The notes beneath the pieces were generated by a model. The model saw only the letters and a list, made by a program, of their open reading frames with translations, searched no databases and was not told where the DNA came from. A DNA stretch of 64,000 bases from an uncultured delta proteobacterium (GTDB lineage Bacteria > Desulfobacterota > Binatia > UBA9968): contig CAVUZH010000019.1 of assembly GCA_963745835.1 (NCBI GenBank), positions 416,001 through 480,000 on the forward strand, read 5' to 3'. Position 1 is the first letter of the stretch. Every line of letters begins with the position of its first letter. Positions 49,527 through 59,741 of the stretch are shown here, piece after piece. The translations under genes and the position numbers were made by a program.

Positions 49527-49952
49527 TTGTCGTACTTCACTGAAACGCTAGAACGCCTTGTTACTGCTCGAGGGCAGAGCCGGTCAGCCAAGAGCGTGGA
49601 AGTCTTCGGTTGGTTAATACTTCTTGAAGGCTCGTTGGTCGTGCTGTTCCCGCATTTCGTCGCACGAATATTAAACTTGCCGCCACTGGTTGAACAGGCG
49701 GCGAATTATTTCCGCCTCGTCGGCCTATTAGTCAGCGGGGTGGGTATGCTTTACATTGCCAGCGGTCGGTTGAATGCCGCGGGGTTTGTTTTCGCGTCGT
49801 TGCTAGACCGGCCGCTTGTGCCGTTCGCCATGCTTATCTTGTGGTATCTCGAAATTATCCCCGGACCCCTAGCACTTATTTTTTCAATCCAGGATCTCGG
49901 CAGCTTTCTATGGACATTGTCCACTTGGCAAGGTGAATTTAAGCAACACTGA
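49527..49952 (+). CDS. Hypothetical membrane protein (about four TM)
   Basis: Hydrophobic ORF co-oriented with neighbours. Confidence 0.6.
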   Translation: MSYFTETLERLVTARGQSRSAKSVEVFGWLILLEGSLVVLFPHFVARILNLPPLVEQAANYFRLVGLLVSGVGMLYIASGRLNAAGFVFASLLDRPLVPFAMLILWYLEIIPGPLALIFSIQDLGSFLWTLSTWQGEFKQH

Positions 49953-50730
49953 AGCTCATGTTTTCACTATTGTTGACGACTCGAAATCCAAAACTTTGAC
50001 TGTGGCGAGATCTATGCGGCAGCGCATATCGGCGCTTTTAGACCCAGACAAAGTTAGACGCTATCTGTTCCGAGGAGCAGATAAGAAAACTATATACGGC
50101 ATCGTAGTAGGAACGCTTGCGGAGACGGGCGAGCATCAAAAAATTGTCTTTGACAAGGTGGAAAGGGCTCTACGTCTGATTGAATTCTATGAAGTCAGAC
50201 AATTTCTACAGATACAACGACATATAAACTCGATTTTCATATTTGGCGACCCGACTGCCCGCGGTCGTTGGCACCAGGAACTCCAGATGTGCGAGTTAAA
50301 CGAAGAGTTCGTACGCGATGAAGGCACGTCGGTCGCACAAATCGCCTCTGTTATTATACATGAGGCAACTCACGCCCGATTAATGCGTTACGGTTTTGGA
50401 TACGAGGAACCTAAACGACTCCGCATTGAGCATATCTGCTTCAGCGCTCAGCGCGCATTTGCGCGACGGCTGCCTAATGCTGATGAACTTCTGACGGAGA
50501 TAGAAGAGACGAAGTCATACTACGGCGAAGCATATTTTAGCGATGCCGGGCGGCGCAACGCGAACTTAGAGGGTCTACGTACTTTAGGTGTTCCTAAGCT
50601 CGTTTGGCTCCTTGCGAAGCTTACATCCCGGCCATCGCGAACTAACTCAAGAGCGAAAACTAGTTCCATTAATGTAATTGATTTCGAGGGCACGAGTGTC
50701 AAAAAAGACGCAGAAGGAGTAGCGCAATGA
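49933..50730 (+). CDS. Hypothetical protein with HEXXH zinc-binding motif
   Basis: SVIIHEATHARL with downstream E (RIEHIC); start uncertain. Confidence 0.55.
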   Translation: MNLSNTEAHVFTIVDDSKSKTLTVARSMRQRISALLDPDKVRRYLFRGADKKTIYGIVVGTLAETGEHQKIVFDKVERALRLIEFYEVRQFLQIQRHINSIFIFGDPTARGRWHQELQMCELNEEFVRDEGTSVAQIASVIIHEATHARLMRYGFGYEEPKRLRIEHICFSAQRAFARRLPNADELLTEIEETKSYYGEAYFSDAGRRNANLEGLRTLGVPKLVWLLAKLTSRPSRTNSRAKTSSINVIDFEGTSVKKDAEGVAQ

Positions 50731-51641
50731 GTAATCCTATGATTGGTTTTATCGGCCTAGGCATCATGGGCAAGCCCATGGCTCGCAATCTAATTAAGGC
50801 AGGCTATCCGCTGATCGTGCACAATCGTAGTCGCGCAGCAGTGGACGAACTGACAAGGGAAGGCGCACAGGCCGCGACAGATGCAAAGGAAGTCGCCGGG
50901 CGCACGGAAATTATCATCACCATGCTACCCGATTCAGCCGATGTTGATCTCGTTTGTGCCGGCGAGAACGGGATTTTCTCGGCATTGAAATCGGGAACCC
51001 TGCTCATCGATATGTCGACCATCTCACCTGCTGTCGCCCGCAAACTTGCAGGTGAGGCGCAAAGGCGAGGCTGCGATATGCTCGATGCGCCGGTGAGTGG
51101 CGGCGAAGCTGGTGCAATCAGCGCGAGCTTATCGATCATGATCGGCGGCGAGGCCTCCGCCGTCGAGCGAGCCATGCCGATATTTGAATCGCTAGGAAAG
51201 AACATCGTTCATGTCGGCCGTGCCGGCGCAGGCCAGGTGACCAAGGCAGCTAATCAAATGGTTGTCGGAACGACTATCGCAATCGTCAGCGAAGCTTTGG
51301 TACTGGCCGCCAAGGCCGGCGTGGATCCGGCGAAGGTGCGGCAAGCGCTCCTAGGCGGCTTCGCCCAATCGAAAATACTCGAGGCTCACGGTCAGAAAAT
51401 GCTCCAGCATAATTTCAAGCCGGGCTTTCGCATCCGGCTGCACGAGAAAGACATGAAGATCGCACTGGGAGCGGGATTCGAGTATGGCGTACCGCTGATG
51501 GTCACTGGCCAAGTCGCGCAAATGATGAGCGCCATGAAAGCGATGGGCAACGGCGATCTGGATCACTCGGCGCTGGTAAAGCTTGTCGAGCAAATGGCGA
51601 ATACCGAGTTAGCTCACAACGAATCAGATTCGGCTAGATAG
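50727..51641 (+). CDS. 2-hydroxy-3-oxopropionate (tartronate semialdehyde) reductase family
   Basis: IGFIGLGIMGKPMA.NL, DAPVSGG, GQVTK.ANQ, GGFAQS.IL..HG, F.PGFRI.LH.KD. Confidence 0.9.
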   Translation: MSNPMIGFIGLGIMGKPMARNLIKAGYPLIVHNRSRAAVDELTREGAQAATDAKEVAGRTEIIITMLPDSADVDLVCAGENGIFSALKSGTLLIDMSTISPAVARKLAGEAQRRGCDMLDAPVSGGEAGAISASLSIMIGGEASAVERAMPIFESLGKNIVHVGRAGAGQVTKAANQMVVGTTIAIVSEALVLAAKAGVDPAKVRQALLGGFAQSKILEAHGQKMLQHNFKPGFRIRLHEKDMKIALGAGFEYGVPLMVTGQVAQMMSAMKAMGNGDLDHSALVKLVEQMANTELAHNESDSAR

Positions 51642-51658
51642 CCGATTATGGAGGGTCT

Positions 51659-51898
51659 ATGTCAGAGTCCGCGAATTTCTTGATGCTGGAGTTTCTTTCC
51701 TGGATCTCAAGTCGGCGGCGAACATACGCCGAGGCTATGAATGCATGGCAGACCACCTGTCCACGGCATACGATATGGGAGGATGCTATCATCGGCGGCT
51801 TGGTTCAAATGAGCCGCGCCGAGACAGTTGACGAGCCCGAAGTGACGCTCACGCCTCGCGGTAAAGCCTATCTTAACGGAGATACCCCAAGGCAGTGA
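51659..51898 (+). CDS. Small hypothetical protein (winged-helix-like)
   Basis: GGAGG SD; Y.EAM.AW.T.CPR.TIWEDA motif; V.LTPRG end. Confidence 0.65.
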   Translation: MSESANFLMLEFLSWISSRRRTYAEAMNAWQTTCPRHTIWEDAIIGGLVQMSRAETVDEPEVTLTPRGKAYLNGDTPRQ

Positions 51899-52111
51899 CC
51901 CTGCGATCCGGTATCTTTTTTATTCAATGGCACCAGTACCGGTTTAACCGAGTGGTTCAACTGGTTTGCGGCTGCCCTGTATGGAGGAAAGCGTCACGAA
52001 TGAGCAAAAGACTTGAGTGGATAGGCATCGCGTCTATGAATTCTTTTTTGATAATGGCTACCGCGCTGTAGTAACTAAGTTGTCGACTAATGCGTTACCC
52101 GGAGGAAAATA

Positions 52112-53110
52112 ATGGCTATTAAGACGATGCTTCCGATTATTTACCTTCTCTGCATCTGCACTGCCGCGGCCGCTCAGTCTCCCAAAGCAACCGTATTGGT
52201 CGACCTTGATCCCAACAGCTCAGCGCAGACGGTAATTGTCGAGAGCGTCGCCGCAGATCCGCAAGGGCTACTCTACGTCTGTGATCGGGTAACCGGGAAT
52301 GTACTGCGGATCGATCCGAAAAACCCAACCCCAGTCATCGTCGGTCTTGTCGAAATGCGACAGAAGGACGGAAAACCTGTAAGAGCCGACAGTTCCGGAC
52401 TCGTTTTCAACGAAGCAGGCGATCTTTATCTGACAAGCGGCGGGTTTCGAGAGATCTTGCGGATTAGGAAAACGGACTTGAATCCAGGAAAACCCGGCGT
52501 TGCCGAAACCTTCGCCACCGGCACAGAAGGAGCCAACGGTATCGCATTCGACAAGAAGGGCAATCTTTATGTCTCCGGAGGCCGTAACGGCAAGATCTAT
52601 CGCATAGGTCCCGGCGGAGGAGCGGCTGAGGACTGGGCGCAAATCGAGCTCCATACCCGCACGTTGGCTGACGGCAAGACCCAGCAGGCGATTCCGGCAA
52701 ATGGACTCGTCTTTGACGGCCAAGGAATGGTTCTCTACGTTGCCGATACCGCGCGCGGAGCGATTTGGAAGGTAGCGGTCAATCCCGACGGCAAAGCCGG
52801 CAAGCCCACCCTGATGGCGCAAAGCACGCTATTGGAGGGAGCCGACGGGCCGGCGTTCGATCCCAAGGGGAATCTCTGGGTCGCTGCCAACGAACGTAAC
52901 GCTATCGTCGAGGTCACACCGGATGGCAAAGTCAGGGACGTGCTGAAAAACGACAGCAAAGGGCCACTCGAATTTCCAACTTCGGTCATCTTCGTCGGCA
53001 ACATCGCGTATGTCAGTAATTTCGACACGGCGCGTCGTGACAACCTCGCCGCGGACGGCAAAACATCTCTCGATGGAATCGGTGCATCGATTATTCAGAT
53101 CATGCAGTAG
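52112..53110 (+). CDS. Secreted SMP-30/gluconolactonase-family beta-propeller
   Basis: GGAGG SD; signal peptide; repeated ANG.AFD..GNLYV / ADG.AFD..GNLWV blades. Confidence 0.85.
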   Translation: MAIKTMLPIIYLLCICTAAAAQSPKATVLVDLDPNSSAQTVIVESVAADPQGLLYVCDRVTGNVLRIDPKNPTPVIVGLVEMRQKDGKPVRADSSGLVFNEAGDLYLTSGGFREILRIRKTDLNPGKPGVAETFATGTEGANGIAFDKKGNLYVSGGRNGKIYRIGPGGGAAEDWAQIELHTRTLADGKTQQAIPANGLVFDGQGMVLYVADTARGAIWKVAVNPDGKAGKPTLMAQSTLLEGADGPAFDPKGNLWVAANERNAIVEVTPDGKVRDVLKNDSKGPLEFPTSVIFVGNIAYVSNFDTARRDNLAADGKTSLDGIGASIIQIMQ

Positions 53111-53471
53111 GATTTAGTGCTGATCAATAGCTTCCGGCTCACAAAGCTTGCTCCGCGATCACTCGCATACCAAGCCGGAACTTGCGCAGCGGCCCGAACC
53201 ATTTCGTCTCAGGCTTCCGCATTTACCAGCGAGCGGAGCACTTGATGCGGCTAGCGAGTTTCTTCGCCGCCTTCATGAAATTTCGATTTTCCTTTAGCAC
53301 TCCGGAACACACCAGCGGCTGGCTCGGAAACCGTTTCTTGAGCTTTAATAAGATAACGTACGCCGATTGTTTCCTTAGTTTCTGTGGCCATACTGCTCTT
53401 ATTTTTCTTGTCTTGTCCCTCCACATCTGTTAGTCCGGCTTTCGTCACACACGGAGTCACCTGGAGGTGCC

Positions 53472-54503
53472 ATGAAGAAGATAATCTTCTGGTTCTTGGT
53501 GTTTCTCGTCTGGGTTCCCGACGGCAGAGCGCAAGCACCCTACTTTGAGGGCAAAACCATACGAATCGTGGTCGGCTATCCGGCCGGCAGCGCCCATGAT
53601 CAGTGGGGCAGGCTGATCGCTCCCTACCTGACCAAGTTCATTCCGGGAAATCCGAACGCCATAATACAGAATATGGCCGGAGCCGGTTCAATGGTGGCTG
53701 CGAACTATATATACGGCGTCGCCAAGCCCGACGGGTTGAGTCTTGGAATCGTCAACGCGGCACTCTATTTCGACCAGCTGTTGGCCCGCAAAGAGGTCCA
53801 GTTCGATTGGCCAAAGTTTGCCTGGATTGGCAGCTCGACGCCGACCAATGCGATGCTTTACATGTGGGCCAGTACTCCTTACAAGACAATTCACGATGTT
53901 CGCACGGCCGCCGTGCCGCCTAAGTGCGGCGCCACCGGAACCGGCAACACGGGCTACTACCTGCCCAAACTGCTTGAAGAGGCCATCGGCGCAAAATTTA
54001 ACATCGTGATGGGTTATCAGGGTGGCGCTGACATTGACTTGGCGGCGGAGAAAGGCGAGGTTCACTGCCGCGCGTTTACGACCACGGTCTTTTTTGCGCG
54101 CGAGCCGTTCCATACCTGGAGAAAAAACGGACTGGTTCGCGTCCTGGTTCAAGCCGGCAAAAAGCGCGAGGAACGTCTGCCTGACGTGCCGACGTTCAAT
54201 GAGTTGATGGATCAGTATCAGACCTCTGAGTCGAACCGCCGTCTAGCCACAGTAATGCTTGGCTCGGGCGGCTTTGGCAGCGCACCGACATTGTCATCTC
54301 CTGGTGTCCATGAGGAACAACTTAAGACTCTACGCGCCGCCTACGCTAAGGCGATAAATCATCCGGATCTTATCGGCGAAGCGAGAAAGAAAGGCCTTGA
54401 GCCGGAGCTGATCAGCGGCGAGGAGCTGCAGGTTTTAGCCAAAGAAGTGATTGTGCAACCGTCCGAAGTAATCGCCCGGATAAAGAAACTCATCGGCGAC
54501 TGA
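53472..54503 (+). CDS. Tripartite tricarboxylate transporter (Bug/TctC-like) substrate-binding protein
   Basis: GKTIRIVVGYPAG, NM.GAGS..AANY, KPDGL, GY.GG....LA...GEV. Confidence 0.88.
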   Translation: MKKIIFWFLVFLVWVPDGRAQAPYFEGKTIRIVVGYPAGSAHDQWGRLIAPYLTKFIPGNPNAIIQNMAGAGSMVAANYIYGVAKPDGLSLGIVNAALYFDQLLARKEVQFDWPKFAWIGSSTPTNAMLYMWASTPYKTIHDVRTAAVPPKCGATGTGNTGYYLPKLLEEAIGAKFNIVMGYQGGADIDLAAEKGEVHCRAFTTTVFFAREPFHTWRKNGLVRVLVQAGKKREERLPDVPTFNELMDQYQTSESNRRLATVMLGSGGFGSAPTLSSPGVHEEQLKTLRAAYAKAINHPDLIGEARKKGLEPELISGEELQVLAKEVIVQPSEVIARIKKLIGD

Positions 54504-54763
54504 AATTTCAGCGAAGAGTGGAGTGTGGCGTCTTGGAATACCTAAAGTCGGATCAGAACATGACTCCATTACTTCACCACGTTAGTGCTCAAACATTCCT
54601 TGAGCGATAGGGCCACCAGAAGCAGCTGACCTTTGCGGTGAGTCTGGACGTAGCCTGTTCAAAGGGTTTCAAATACAAGAGGCCGAGGAAAAACCAGGAT
54701 GAAAGCGAAAATTTCCGTTTTCAGCTTTCAAATTTCATACTTTGTCACAAGATGAGAGGAACT

Positions 54764-55303
54764 ATGAGCCGATTACCAGTTATTGACCGCGAAGCGCTGA
54801 CGCCGGACGATCAAGCGGTCTGGGACCGCATTGCCGCTGTTCGTACGGGAGTCCGTGGACCCTTTGGAGTATTGATGCACGTCCCAGCACTCGCCGACCG
54901 CGTCGCAGCTCTGGAAGACTACTTTCGTTTTAACGCAGCGCTGCCGGCAGTCGATCGTGAGCTCGTGATCATGGCTACGGCGCGCGAAATGAACGCGCGT
55001 TACCCGTGGGCGCGGCACGAGGCCAGAGGACGCGAGGTGGGCACAAGAACCGAGGCGATCGAAGCGGTGCGCCTTAACGGCACGTTGGAGCGATTGACAG
55101 CGCGCGAGCGTCTACTGGTTGAGATCGTTCGCGCCCTGCTGCGCACGCACGCATTGCCGGAGGCGTTGTATACGCAAGCGCTGACCGAACTCGGGCGGCA
55201 ACAACTGATCGAAACAATCGCGCTCGCAGGCCATTACAGCCTGATCGGCTTAACGGTGAATGCATTCGATGTCGCGCCCCCGGAGAACAGTTCGACATTC
55301 TAA
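54764..55303 (+). CDS. Carboxymuconolactone decarboxylase/AhpD-like protein
   Basis: GPF..LMH.P, RELVI.ATAR....Y.W..H, G.Y; GAGGA SD. Confidence 0.82.
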   Translation: MSRLPVIDREALTPDDQAVWDRIAAVRTGVRGPFGVLMHVPALADRVAALEDYFRFNAALPAVDRELVIMATAREMNARYPWARHEARGREVGTRTEAIEAVRLNGTLERLTARERLLVEIVRALLRTHALPEALYTQALTELGRQQLIETIALAGHYSLIGLTVNAFDVAPPENSSTF

Positions 55304-55355
55304 AGCACCGGACTCTTGCGCCGCCGGCAAATCAGAGCAACAACGGGAAGCAAAT

Positions 55356-57585
55356 ATGAGCTTCAAAATCATTGGTCAATCGACACCGCGCACAGATAAC
55401 ACCGGCAAAGTAACCGGCGAAGCGCGCTACACTTCGGATGTGCTGTTACCCGGCACGCTCTGGGCCAAGACCTTGCGCAGTCCGTTCTCTCACGCGCGCA
55501 TCAAGGGCATTGACATTTCACGCGCCCTAAAAGCGCCAGGCGTGCGCGCGGTGCTTACCGGAAGCGATGTGCACGGGATTCTGTATGGGCGGCGGTACCG
55601 CGATATTTCCGTTCTCGCCCAAGACCGCGTTCGATTCATGGGTGAGCGCGTCGCGGCGGTGGCCGCGGAAACGCTGGAGCAAGCCGAAAATAGCCTTGGA
55701 GTTTATTCAGATCGATTACGAAGAACTGCCTACGGTATTCGATCCGGAGTCGGCGCTTCAAGAAGGGGCGCCGCTCATCCATCCCGATGTTGCCAGTTAT
55801 AAGGGACTTCCAAAACCGTTAGATCACCCAACCAATCGCTTCGTTCACAACGTGTTCACGCGCGGCGATGTCGAAGCCGGATTCGCGCAAGCTGATTTGA
55901 TCGTCGACAATACTTTCACCGTTCCCCGCGTGCATCAGTCTTTTCTCGAGCCGCACTGTTGTCTGGTTTGGATTGACGACAAGGATCGGGTGCAGATGTG
56001 GTCGCCCAACAAGGTGCCGCACGGCTTGAAAGAAAGCATGTCGCAGGCGTTCGGCATTCCCAGGGAAAAAATCCGCGTGAACCCTGTGGCGATCGGCGGC
56101 GACTTCGGCGGCAAGGGGGCGCCCATTGACGAGCCGATCTGTTATTTGCTCGCGCTGCGCAGCGGGCGACCAGTCAAAATGGTGATGGAATACCGCGAAG
56201 AGTTTTTTGCCGGCGCGCCGAGGCATGCGGCGATCATGAAATTGAAGACCGGCGTCACGCGCGATGGTACAATCGTCGCTCATCAAATGGATGCCTATCT
56301 CGACGCCGGAGCGTACGGCGGATTCAGACCGGGCGCGATCGTCGGCGGCATCGCTCATGCAGGTGGCTGCTACCGCGCCGAGCACGCGCGTATCGCGGTC
56401 TCACGCGTTTACACCAACAACCTTCCCGGCGGACAGATGCGCGCGCCCGGAGAGCCGCAAGGTTTCTTCGCCGCCGAATCTCACATGGACTGCGTCGCTC
56501 GCAAAGTCGGCATGGACCCGTACGAGTTCCGCATGAAAAATCTTATGGAAGAGGGCGACATCACCTTGACCGGCGGTCACTACCAAGCGATCAAAGCCAA
56601 GGAAACGCTTAAGGCGGCGGCGAACGCGGCGGGATATTCGACAGGTAAAGGAAAATACATCGGGCGCGGCGTCGCAATGGGCTATCGCGGGCCGGGCGGC
56701 GGTACTACATCACTGAAGGTCGAACTCGGCGCCGATGGTTCGATCACGATTCATACATCTTTTTTCGAACAAGGCACCGGGACGTATACGACACTCAGGC
56801 AGACGGTTGCTGAAGAGCTTGGCTGTGATCCCGACGCGGTTCAGATAAAAACGCTCGATACCGATGCCGGCGTCTCTTCCGATACCGGACTCGGCGGCAG
56901 CCGCGGCACACGCGTTGCCAGCGGCGCCGCATTCCAAGCCGCGCGTGCCGCTAAAGAACAATTGCTAGGACTTGCCGAGACGATGCTCGGTTGGACCAAG
57001 AGTGACACAGTGCTCAGCGGTAAAAAGATCGTCAACAGAAAGACCAAGAAGCAACAATCTTGGGGCGAGCTGTTGGCGCAAGCCGGCCGCTCGATCACGG
57101 GAGAATCGGTTAATAAAGACGACGATCATTCTCCCGTGACCGCGTTCGCCGCTCAGGTGGCGGAAGTTGCGGTTGATCCTGAGACCGGCGAAGTCACCTT
57201 GCGACGACTGACAACGGCGCACGACACCGGCGTGATCATCAATCCTGTGGGTCATCAGGGACAGATCGACGGCGGCGTCGTTCAGGGGATTGGTTATGGG
57301 TTGATCGAATATCTTCCGGTGCAGGACGGACGTGTCGAGGTGGTCAACTTCGGCGAGTATAAAATTCCCACCGTTAAAGACATCCCGGCGCTGAAGACCG
57401 TGATCGTTGCCAGCGGCGAAGGCGTCGGCCCATACAAAGTCAAAGGCATCGGCGAAAATCCGATCAGCCCGGCTGCTCCTGCGATCGCCAATGCAATCGA
57501 AGACGCGGTGGGTGTGAGGATCAAGGATCTACCGATCACCGCGGAGAAAGTTTACGCGGCGCTGCGGCTCCAAGTTAAGGGTTAG
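55356..57585 (+). CDS. Xanthine dehydrogenase/aldehyde oxidoreductase-family molybdopterin-binding large subunit; one frameshift ~55689
   Basis: KVTGEARY, LRSP.SHARI, GGDFGGK, MRAPG.PQ, GQ.DGG..QG.G, KG.GE; extra A in gaaaatagcc. Confidence 0.9.
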
Positions 57586-57672
57586 CATAGTTGTCACCTG
57601 CGACCCAGTTCGGCCAGCTGAGGCGTATAGAAGCCCGGCGGCATCCATGGCACTTAGGTGTTCGACATCAGC

Positions 57673-57777
57673 CAACAACTGATCGAGACAGTCGCGCTCG
57701 CGGGCCACTGTAGCTTGATTGGATTGGCCGTGAACCCTTTCAATGTCGCGCCGCCGGAAACAGTTCGACATTTCTGA
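57673..57777 (+). pseudogene. Remnant 3' end of a CMD-family gene (diverged direct repeat of 55199-55303)
   Basis: Translates QQLIETVALAGHCSLIGLAVNPFNVAPPE..SSTF vs QQLIETIALAGHYSLIGLTVNAFDVAPPENSSTF. Confidence 0.85.
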
Positions 57778-58002
57778 TTAGCGCGGTAGGTTTAAGAAGT
57801 GCGAGACACTTGCGTTGTCACGCTTCAACTGCCAGGCATGGACGGCTTGGTCATCTAGTTGGTTGACACAATTTCCGATAGTCGAGTACTCTTCCAAAAA
57901 TGTCTTCTAGCTGTTCAATCGATCTCGGTCAGCTTCTTAGGTCGGCCGCGGCGACTAGCTTACGCGAGAAATCTCGGGTTCTTTCTAGCTGGCAATTGAG
58001 CT

Positions 58003-59022
58003 ATGAAAACTGACGATCTTCGCATCGTCAAAACCCGGCCACTGCTCGCGCCAGCCATACTCGCCGAGGAGATCCCTCTTACCGACACCGCGGCAGCACG
58101 AGTACACGAAACGCGCCGAGCCATCGAGGCGATTCTCGACGGCAAGGATGCGCGGCTCCTGGTTGTCGTCGGTCCTTGCTCCGTGCACGATACCAAGGCC
58201 GCGCTCGAGTATGCAACCAAACTCAAACCGGTTGCCGATGCATTATCCCCTGCGCTTCTCCTTGTCATGCGGGTCTACTTCGAAAAGCCGCGAACGGTTG
58301 TTGGCTGGAAGGGACTCATCAATGACCCGGACCTGAACGAATCGTATCATATCAACAAGGGCTTGCGCCTAGCCCGGCAATTGCTCGCCGATATTTTGAA
58401 TGTAGGAATCCCTGCTGGGACCGAGTTTCTCGATACCACCTTTGGCCAGTTCTATGCCGATCTCATCAGCTGGGGTGCGATCGGAGCGCGCACGGCGGAG
58501 AGCCAGATACATCGAGAGCTGGCATCGGGTTTGTCGATGCCTGTGGGAATCAAGAATCGCACAGACGGTAACGTCCAGATTGCCGTGGACGCAATACAAA
58601 CTGCGCGCAGCCGGCATTTGTTTCCGTCACTTACCAAAGAAGGCGCGCCCGCGATCTTGGAAACTACCGGCAATCCCTACGCCCATCTCGTGCTCCGTGG
58701 GGGCAGTGAGACCGGACCCAACTTCAATGCCGCTTCCATCGAGAGCGCTGTCCGAATGCTTCGCGCCGCGGGTCTTCCCGAGGTCGTTATGATCGATTGC
58801 AGCCACGGTAACAGCGAAAAGGATGCGGCGCGGCAGATCGATGTGGCGAACGCTATCATGGAGAACCTGAGGGGTTCACCCATTCGAGCGCTGATGATTG
58901 AGAGCCATCTCGTCGCCGGTCGTCAAAATGCGCCCGTAACCTACGGTCAGAGTATCACCGATGCATGTCTAGGATTCGAGGAAACGAAAGAGTTATTATA
59001 CCGTCTTGCAGACGCCGTTTAG
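58003..59022 (+). CDS. DAHP synthase, class I-alpha (AroF/G/H type)
   Basis: VVGPCSVHD, MRVYFEKPRT.VGWKGLINDP, GAIGARTAESQ.HRELASGLS, DCSHGNS, YGQSITDAC. Confidence 0.95.
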   Translation: MKTDDLRIVKTRPLLAPAILAEEIPLTDTAAARVHETRRAIEAILDGKDARLLVVVGPCSVHDTKAALEYATKLKPVADALSPALLLVMRVYFEKPRTVVGWKGLINDPDLNESYHINKGLRLARQLLADILNVGIPAGTEFLDTTFGQFYADLISWGAIGARTAESQIHRELASGLSMPVGIKNRTDGNVQIAVDAIQTARSRHLFPSLTKEGAPAILETTGNPYAHLVLRGGSETGPNFNAASIESAVRMLRAAGLPEVVMIDCSHGNSEKDAARQIDVANAIMENLRGSPIRALMIESHLVAGRQNAPVTYGQSITDACLGFEETKELLYRLADAV

Positions 59023-59096
59023 CGACCACTATCATGGAGCTCACCCTCCCCTAAGCGGACTTTTCGAACCTCTACTTTCCGGCTCTTTGTCGATCG

Positions 59097-59741
59097 TTGA
59101 AGACCAACTCACTGTTGATACTCGCCTGCATCGCAGCCAGCATTTGGGGATGGCGGCAGGAGCCGGCGTTTGCCGAACAAAATCTTATCTTCAGTTTGCG
59201 CAATTTCGAAAACGGCCGAGTCTGGACGCTGGTGGTGGCCTTGTTTGTTCACGCCAACGTCTTTCATCTGGTCGGCAACATGCTTTTCCTATTTGTCTTT
59301 GGAAATACCCTGGAAAAGAGCGTCGGCTCAGACAAACTCCTGGCGATATTTTTCACCGGCGGCTTTCTAAGTTTTATCGTATCCCTGGCCTTTTTGCCCC
59401 GGGGCACCGGAATGCTGGGGGCCTCGGCCGCAATTTTCGCGTTGGCTGGAAGCGTCATGCTCATAAGACCGCTGAAATTCTCCTGGCTCTTTCTCGCGCC
59501 GCAGGGACTGATCGCGATTATCTACTTCATCTACAACGTCGTCCTGGTCTATCAAAAGAGTCGGATCCCCGGATACGACCCGCAAGTCGCTTACGTCGCG
59601 CACATCATCGGTTTCATCACCGGAATCCCATTTGGAATCGCTCTGAGCAATCGTTGGAAACAAAATTTCCTGATCACACTGCTGTTGTTAGGATTCTACC
59701 TAATCCTTGTGAGCGGCGTCGCGAGATCGTTGTTTCGCTAG
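59097..59741 (+). CDS. Rhomboid intramembrane serine protease
   Basis: H....HL.GNM, GASAA (catalytic Ser), AHIIG (catalytic His). Confidence 0.88.
   Translation: MKTNSLLILACIAASIWGWRQEPAFAEQNLIFSLRNFENGRVWTLVVALFVHANVFHLVGNMLFLFVFGNTLEKSVGSDKLLAIFFTGGFLSFIVSLAFLPRGTGMLGASAAIFALAGSVMLIRPLKFSWLFLAPQGLIAIIYFIYNVVLVYQKSRIPGYDPQVAYVAHIIGFITGIPFGIALSNRWKQNFLITLLLLGFYLILVSGVARSLFR

Noticed and set aside
53182-53538. Short ORFs between the gluconolactonase and TTT genes
   Set aside because: Three overlapping candidates with no motif or convincing SD; none can be supported.
55356-57585. Aerobic CO dehydrogenase CoxL
   Set aside because: It lacks the AYXCSFR (form I) and AYXGAGR (form II) loops, and no coxM/coxS are present.
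57895-58002. Aromatic amino-acid attenuator before DAHP synthase
   Set aside because: No leader ORF with clustered Phe/Tyr/Trp codons and no terminator hairpin.
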